From contig JAFGKK010000057.1 of assembly GCA_016928575.1 (NCBI GenBank), forward strand, positions 93,386 through 157,385: a DNA stretch of 64,000 nucleotides, in the 5' to 3' direction. The DNA is from Anaerolineales bacterium (lineage in GTDB: Bacteria; Chloroflexota; Anaerolineae; Anaerolineales; RBG-16-64-43). Shown in pieces: positions 59,535 through 64,000 of this stretch. A program made the translations under genes and the position numbers. Each line of letters begins with the position of its first letter. Position 1 is the stretch's first letter. Below the pieces are notes generated by a model, which did no database searches, was not told the origin of the DNA, and saw only the letters and a program-made list of their open reading frames with translations.

Positions 59535-59917
59535 CCAAGCCGGCCGGGCGATCGCGGCTCCGGACGCAGGTCCGGGGCCGAGGAAAGTCCGCGCTCCACA
59601 GGGCGCGACGCCGGGTAATTCCCGGGGCGGGGCAACCTGTCGGAAGAGGGCCACAGAGAAGCGCATTGCCCGGAAACGGGCGAGGGTGAAACGGCGGTGT
59701 AAGAGACCACCGGCGTCCGCCGCAATGCGGACGGCCAGGCAACCCCCGTCGGGAGCAAGGCCAAACAGAGGTGACCCCCCGCGGGGGAAACGGTCCGGCC
59801 CGGGCCGTCGGAACCTCGGGTAGGCCGCTGGAGCCGCGTGGCAACACGCGCGCCGAGAGAGATGATCGCCGGGCGGGGCAACCCGCACCACAGAACGCGG
59901 CTTATAGGCCGGCTTGG
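59535..59917 (+). ncRNA. rnpB: RNase P RNA, bacterial type A
   Basis: 5' CCAAGCCGGCC pairs with 3' GGCCGGCTTGG (P1). Universally conserved P4 strands GAGGAAAGTCCG (about 59580) and ACAGAACGCGGCTTAT (about 59891). GGTAA, GTGAAA and GCAA loop motifs in between. Confidence 0.95.
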
Positions 59918-59971
59918 ATGCCGCCCCTTCTCTTCCGCCGCGGCGGGCGCCGCTCCGGCCGGGAGCACCGC

Positions 59972-61168
59972 ATGACCGTCGAATTGTTTACAGGCAAAGA
60001 TCCGCAAGGCCGTATTTGGGAGCCGGATTTTTCGCACGAGGTTCATGCGGCCATTCGGATGATCGGCAAGGCTTGGCGCGCCTTCCACGCCGCCCCGGAA
60101 TTGTACCTTCTCGCGTTCAATCTCCATTCTCCGAACATCGACATGCTGGTGATTTCCGAACGGGGGATCGGCCTGCTGGAAATGAAGGGCCATCGCGGAG
60201 CCATCCGTATCAATCCCGAGGATCATTGGCTGGCGGACGGCCAAAAGATGTTGGGCTTCAAGCCGTTTCCGGGCCGCGAACGGCCGGCCTCGTCTTCCTA
60301 CCTAAATCCGCACGACCAGGTCCAAGGGCACGGTGAGCGGTTTATGGAACGCTTTCTTCCCGTTGTCCGCGAGCAGTATCCCGAATTGACCCGCGGGAAA
60401 CGACGCGGATTGCGGCTGCAGACGTGCGTTTGTTTTACCAATCCGGAGGCGGACCTCGCGGAAATCCGAAAAGTTGCGCCGGAGTGGAGCCGCGGGCGGC
60501 TGCGCTCCTGGGAAAGCGACTTCTCGGTCATTTCCGCGGATGAAGTTCCGGAATGGATTTCCACCCTGCGGTTTGAGGTCAAACAGGTGGATTCGCCGCC
60601 CTACTATCCGTTCCGGCTGACGCCGGCGAAGATGCGGCCGCTGCTTTTGGCGCTGTTTTCGGTGGAGCGATGGAAGTCGGTTGAGCGGATTCTCCCCGTC
60701 CACCGCTACGGACAGCTGCGGCAAATCAGCGAGGGGCGGACGGCGGCGACCTATTCACTCTGGGAGGAGGAGACCTTCCTCGGCCGCGATCCTCTAAAAT
60801 GCACGATCGTCGTGCCGCAGCACTACACCCGGGTCAGCCGGGTGCATGCCGTCATCCGGCGCGAGGCGGATGAAATCATCCTGGAGGATTTGGACAGCCA
60901 CAACGGAACCTACCTCGACGGCCGCAGGATTACCGGCAAGGCGGTTCTCCGCGAGGGGATGGCGGTTTCCCTGGGCGGGCGCGGGCAATCGCAGAAGGAA
61001 TGCCGCTACGAATTTCACCGGACCGGGGACGCACAGGAGGAAATGGACACCACGGAGGACGGAACCCGGCCGCATATGTTTTTGTTGGACGCGGTTCAAG
61101 ATGAGTCCGCCCAGCCGCAAAACCGGGATCAATCCAATCCGCAGGGGAAGCGGGTGCGGCCCGATTGA
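59972..61168 (+). CDS. NERD-domain / FHA-domain fusion protein
   Basis: NERD-like ...NIDMLVISERGIGLLEMKGHRGAIRI...LNPHDQVQGH. FHA ...TFLGRDPLKCTIVVPQHYTRVSRVHAVIRREADEIILEDLDSHNGTYLDGRRI. GGGAG sits 7 nt before ATG 59972. The track ORF over-extends across rnpB. Confidence 0.8.
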   Translation: MTVELFTGKDPQGRIWEPDFSHEVHAAIRMIGKAWRAFHAAPELYLLAFNLHSPNIDMLVISERGIGLLEMKGHRGAIRINPEDHWLADGQKMLGFKPFPGRERPASSSYLNPHDQVQGHGERFMERFLPVVREQYPELTRGKRRGLRLQTCVCFTNPEADLAEIRKVAPEWSRGRLRSWESDFSVISADEVPEWISTLRFEVKQVDSPPYYPFRLTPAKMRPLLLALFSVERWKSVERILPVHRYGQLRQISEGRTAATYSLWEEETFLGRDPLKCTIVVPQHYTRVSRVHAVIRREADEIILEDLDSHNGTYLDGRRITGKAVLREGMAVSLGGRGQSQKECRYEFHRTGDAQEEMDTTEDGTRPHMFLLDAVQDESAQPQNRDQSNPQGKRVRPD

Positions 61169-61330
61169 AAGCCGAAACGAACAGGCAACTTTGTGTTTGT
61201 CCGCCGCGTCGGAGGAAGGATGAGGTGCGGTATAATTTTCGGCGATCGGGGCGTTGGGTGGAACCCGATCCGCAATATGACTGTTCGCTTGCCTCCGAAA
61301 AACCAGCGGGTCTTCTAAGGAGAAGAAGGC

Positions 61331-61690
61331 ATGGGTTCCGGTCACCATTTTGAGATCGAAGCCATGCGGGATGGGAAAAAAAACCTCCATCCCGCATGGG
61401 CGGCGGTGGGATGTTTTACCGTGGTGGGTCTGAGCACGGCGGGGTATCTGCTGGGTGGATGGCTGATCGAGATGAACAGTTCCGAGGGTTGGCTTCTGAT
61501 CCCCGGCCAGTTGGCCGGTCCGGCGCAATCCCCGTATCTGTTCCTCAAGCTGGTTTCGGCGTTGATTGTGCTCCTCTTCGGAACCGCGGTCTTTTCCATT
61601 GTGTACACCTTGATAAACCCTCCGAAACCGGGCAAGTACGACGTGATCGATCCGTCGATCTTTCCGCCTCCTCCCAAGCGGAGGAAATGA
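61331..61690 (+). CDS. Small two-TM membrane protein, unknown function
   Basis: 119 aa with hydrophobic segments AAVGCFTVVGLSTAGYLLGGWLI and LVSALIVLLFGTAVFSIVYTLI, and a Pro-rich basic tail. Confidence 0.5.
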   Translation: MGSGHHFEIEAMRDGKKNLHPAWAAVGCFTVVGLSTAGYLLGGWLIEMNSSEGWLLIPGQLAGPAQSPYLFLKLVSALIVLLFGTAVFSIVYTLINPPKPGKYDVIDPSIFPPPPKRRK

Positions 61691-62215
61691 AGGGCCGGAT
61701 CCCTGCCAGGGTGCCGGGCGAGCGGCCTCAAGTCGGATCGGGATTCGCATCGTCGCTGGCCGGCGTTCGTCCGCCAGGCAGTCCATCAGACACAAAGGCA
61801 TCCGGACTGTGAACGAGATTGCCTGTCCCGTGGGCAATCCCTTTTTTAATAAGTGCGCCTACGCCATCCCCGGGAACCTCCCGATTCAGGCGGTTCTGTA
61901 TAAAAAGGCTATGAAGCATACCGATCGGGTGAAAGCCAAGAACGCCGCATAGAAACCGATCGAATTTCCTAAGGGCGCGTATATAAAAGAAGCGGGCTTT
62001 CTCGCGCGCTTTTTTCGCGTAAAACGGCGTCGGCCATCCCCCGCTTTATGACCGTCGGTGAAGCCCCGGCGATGATCGGAGCATTGGAGGAATGGGCTGC
62101 AGCGTATGCGCCGGCCGGAAAAACCGGATTCCGGAGCGCGGCGTTATTCCGGGATGGCGCTTCCGGAGCCGGTGAAAAGGCCGGATAATCCGGATGGTCG
62201 TCGAAAGGATGACGG

Positions 62216-63169
62216 GTGGATTGCGTTAATGACAATCTGGCTTCGGATATCACCAAAGCCTCAAGCAAACAGGCGTTTTACACGGTTCGATTCCTGGTGG
62301 ATCGCGGACGAGTCGCCGATGCGTATCGTTCATATGCCTACTTCCGGTGGGTGGACGACGTGTTGGATGCGGCCGTGGAGAGGGGGGGGCCAGGCAGCGA
62401 CGTCAAATCCCCGTCCCGCCGGGAATTCCTTCGGCGCCAGGAGCGGCTGCTCGAACGCTGTTGCCGCGGCGAAGCGCCGCAGGTCGCCGATCCCCGGGAG
62501 GGCCTGCTTGTGGCGCTGGTCCGGAGCGACCGCGAGAAGGACAGCGGCCTGCGGGCATACCTGCGGAATATGATGCGGGTGATGGCGTTCGACGTCGAGC
62601 GACGCGGCCGGGTGATCACCCGGTCCGAATTGGCCGGGTATACGCGCTGGCTGGCGGTGGCAGTGACCGAAAACATGCACCACTTCATCGGACACGATTC
62701 GTACGCGCCCCGGGACGAAACCCGGTATGCGGCCGTTTCCGGCGCGCACGTCGCACACATGATCCGGGACACCTGCGATGATGCCAAGGCCGGATACTAC
62801 AACATCCCGCGCGAGGTGCTGGAGGAAAGCGGCATCGGGCCGCAGGAACTGGACAGCCCGGCCTACCGCTCCTGGGTGAAGGGCAGGGTGCAATTGGCGA
62901 GGGGATATTTCAAGGCCGGAAAGCGGTATTTTCGAAGGGTCCGTTGCCTGCGGAATCGACTGGCGGGGTTCGCCTACATGGCGCGGTTTGAATGGTTCCT
63001 GGATACGATCGAACGGGAGGGTTTTCGCGTGCGTTCCCAATACGAAGAAAGAAAAAGCGCGCGGGCGGGATTTCAAACGGCTTGGCTTGCGCTCGCTTCC
63101 CTGTTCAGCGCTCCGGAAGCGGCTGGGACGGTCGGTGCGGTTGTTGCGGAAGGGCAAGGAAAGATATGA
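62216..63169 (+). CDS. crtB: Phytoene/squalene synthase-family protein
   Basis: Asp-rich motifs YFRWVDDVLD and MIRDTCDDAKAG. GTG start. ATGA overlap with the downstream desaturase. Confidence 0.85.
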   Translation: MDCVNDNLASDITKASSKQAFYTVRFLVDRGRVADAYRSYAYFRWVDDVLDAAVERGGPGSDVKSPSRREFLRRQERLLERCCRGEAPQVADPREGLLVALVRSDREKDSGLRAYLRNMMRVMAFDVERRGRVITRSELAGYTRWLAVAVTENMHHFIGHDSYAPRDETRYAAVSGAHVAHMIRDTCDDAKAGYYNIPREVLEESGIGPQELDSPAYRSWVKGRVQLARGYFKAGKRYFRRVRCLRNRLAGFAYMARFEWFLDTIEREGFRVRSQYEERKSARAGFQTAWLALASLFSAPEAAGTVGAVVAEGQGKI

Positions 63170-64000
63170 AGCCGGAATCCGCGATCATCATCGGCGCCGG
63201 TATCGGCGGATTGACCGCCGCCGCCCATCTGGCCCGCCGGGGGATGCCCGTCACCATCCTGGAGAAAAATGAAGCCCCCGGAGGACGCTGCAACCGCCTC
63301 GTGCGGAGAGGCCATCGGTTCGATACCGGTCCCACGTTGTTCGTCATGCCCTTGCTGTACGAGGCGGAATTCCGCGCGTTGGGGGCGGACATGCGCGCCC
63401 GGCTCGACCTGCAGCGCGTGGATCCGACTTACCATCTTGTGTTCGACGACGGCGCCCGACTGGCGCTGACTTCAGACATGGATTGCCTGCGCGGGCAGAT
63501 GGAAGCCGTCGAACCGGGAAGCTTCCGGGCGCTGGGGCGCTATCTCAAGGAAGGGGAACGCCATTACCAACTGGTGCTGGATAACCTGGTCAACCGAGAT
63601 TTCCGACGCCTGACCGATTTTTTCAACCTGCGCAACGCGCCCCTGCTTTTCCAAATCAAGCCGCTGGTGAACCATTACCGGAACATGGCCGCCTACTTCA
63701 ACACGCCGCGCCTGAAAAACGCCTTCACTTTCCAAGATATGTACATGGGGTTAAGCCCGTTCGAGGCGCCGGCCACGTATTCGATGATGCCCTACTCGGA
63801 GTTGGCGCACGGCGTGTGGTATCCGCGCGGGGGGATGTACCGCGTGTCGGAGGTTCTGGCGGACCTGGCCCGCGAAGCCGGTGCGGAAATCGTCTGCAAC
63901 GCGGCGGTGGAGCGGATCGAGGTCAATGGGGCGCGCGCCCGTGGAATCCGCCTGGCCGACGGGTCGCGGTTGGAAGCGGACCTGATCCTAGCCAATGCGG
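63166..64000 (+). CDS. crtI: Phytoene desaturase-family FAD oxidoreductase (3' end outside window)
   Basis: My own translation from ATG 63166: MKPESAIIIGAGIGGLTAAAHLARRGMPVTILEKNEAPGGRC...FDTGPTLFVMP...YPRGGMY. The frame stays open to the window end, so it is absent from the ORF track. Confidence 0.88.
   Translation, partial: MKPESAIIIGAGIGGLTAAAHLARRGMPVTILEKNEAPGGRCNRLVRRGHRFDTGPTLFVMPLLYEAEFRALGADMRARLDLQRVDPTYHLVFDDGARLALTSDMDCLRGQMEAVEPGSFRALGRYLKEGERHYQLVLDNLVNRDFRRLTDFFNLRNAPLLFQIKPLVNHYRNMAAYFNTPRLKNAFTFQDMYMGLSPFEAPATYSMMPYSELAHGVWYPRGGMYRVSEVLADLAREAGAEIVCNAAVERIEVNGARARGIRLADGSRLEADLILANA

Noticed and set aside
58372-59823. 483-aa plus-strand ORF
   Set aside because: It lies in an alternative frame of peptidase paralog 3 and then runs through the RNase P RNA gene. 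Composition is Arg/Gly-rich.
59771-59971. 5' part of track ORF 59771-61168 as coding sequence
   Set aside because: This part overlaps the 3' half of rnpB. A proper SD (GGGAG) and ATG occur at 59972, where the NERD-like sequence begins.

Overview
GC-rich bacterial chromosomal segment (third codon positions are dominated by G/C). Type 2 IDI, ThyX, LysM-M23 lipoproteins and CotH would fit a Chloroflexota/Anaerolineae-like organism, but that is only an inference. About 50 protein genes are tightly packed, and many are joined by 4-nt ATGA/GTGA start-stop overlaps. Recognisable blocks, in order:
- glgC, a solute-binding lipoprotein and a phosphohexomutase
- pth-mfd
- a CotH / DUF4956 / VTC-domain cassette
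- a sensor kinase - CheY - REC-PAS-GAF-HD-GYP operon
- hemW; idi2-GGPP synthase; acpP
- the nusA-ylxR-infB-rbfA-nrnA-truB-ribF-thyX string
- osmC-osmC-trxA; scpA-mutL
- a flavodoxin + B12-radical-SAM pair facing a divergent TetR gene
- asp23-fakA-degV-degV-membrane protein-recG-coaD, with divergent rpmB
- three tandem LysM-M23 lipoprotein paralogs
- RNase P RNA (rnpB), then a NERD-FHA fusion protein
- crtB-crtI (crtI runs off the 3' edge)
I recognised no rRNA, tRNA, CRISPR array, transposase or integrase; this was a scan by eye, not a covariance-model search. Many long ORFs in the six-frame track are antisense or out-of-frame artefacts of high GC, or 5' over-extensions into the upstream gene. 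I trimmed those starts using ORF-track arithmetic, Shine-Dalgarno placement and the stop codon of the upstream gene. Best follow-up candidates:
- the CotH-DUF4956-VTC cassette (possible uncharacterised membrane-coupled polyphosphate/kinase system)
- the triplicated atypical M23 lipoproteins
- the NERD-FHA protein
- a fused two-domain ThyX with complementary motif loss
- a degenerate GGDEF protein that keeps its I-site
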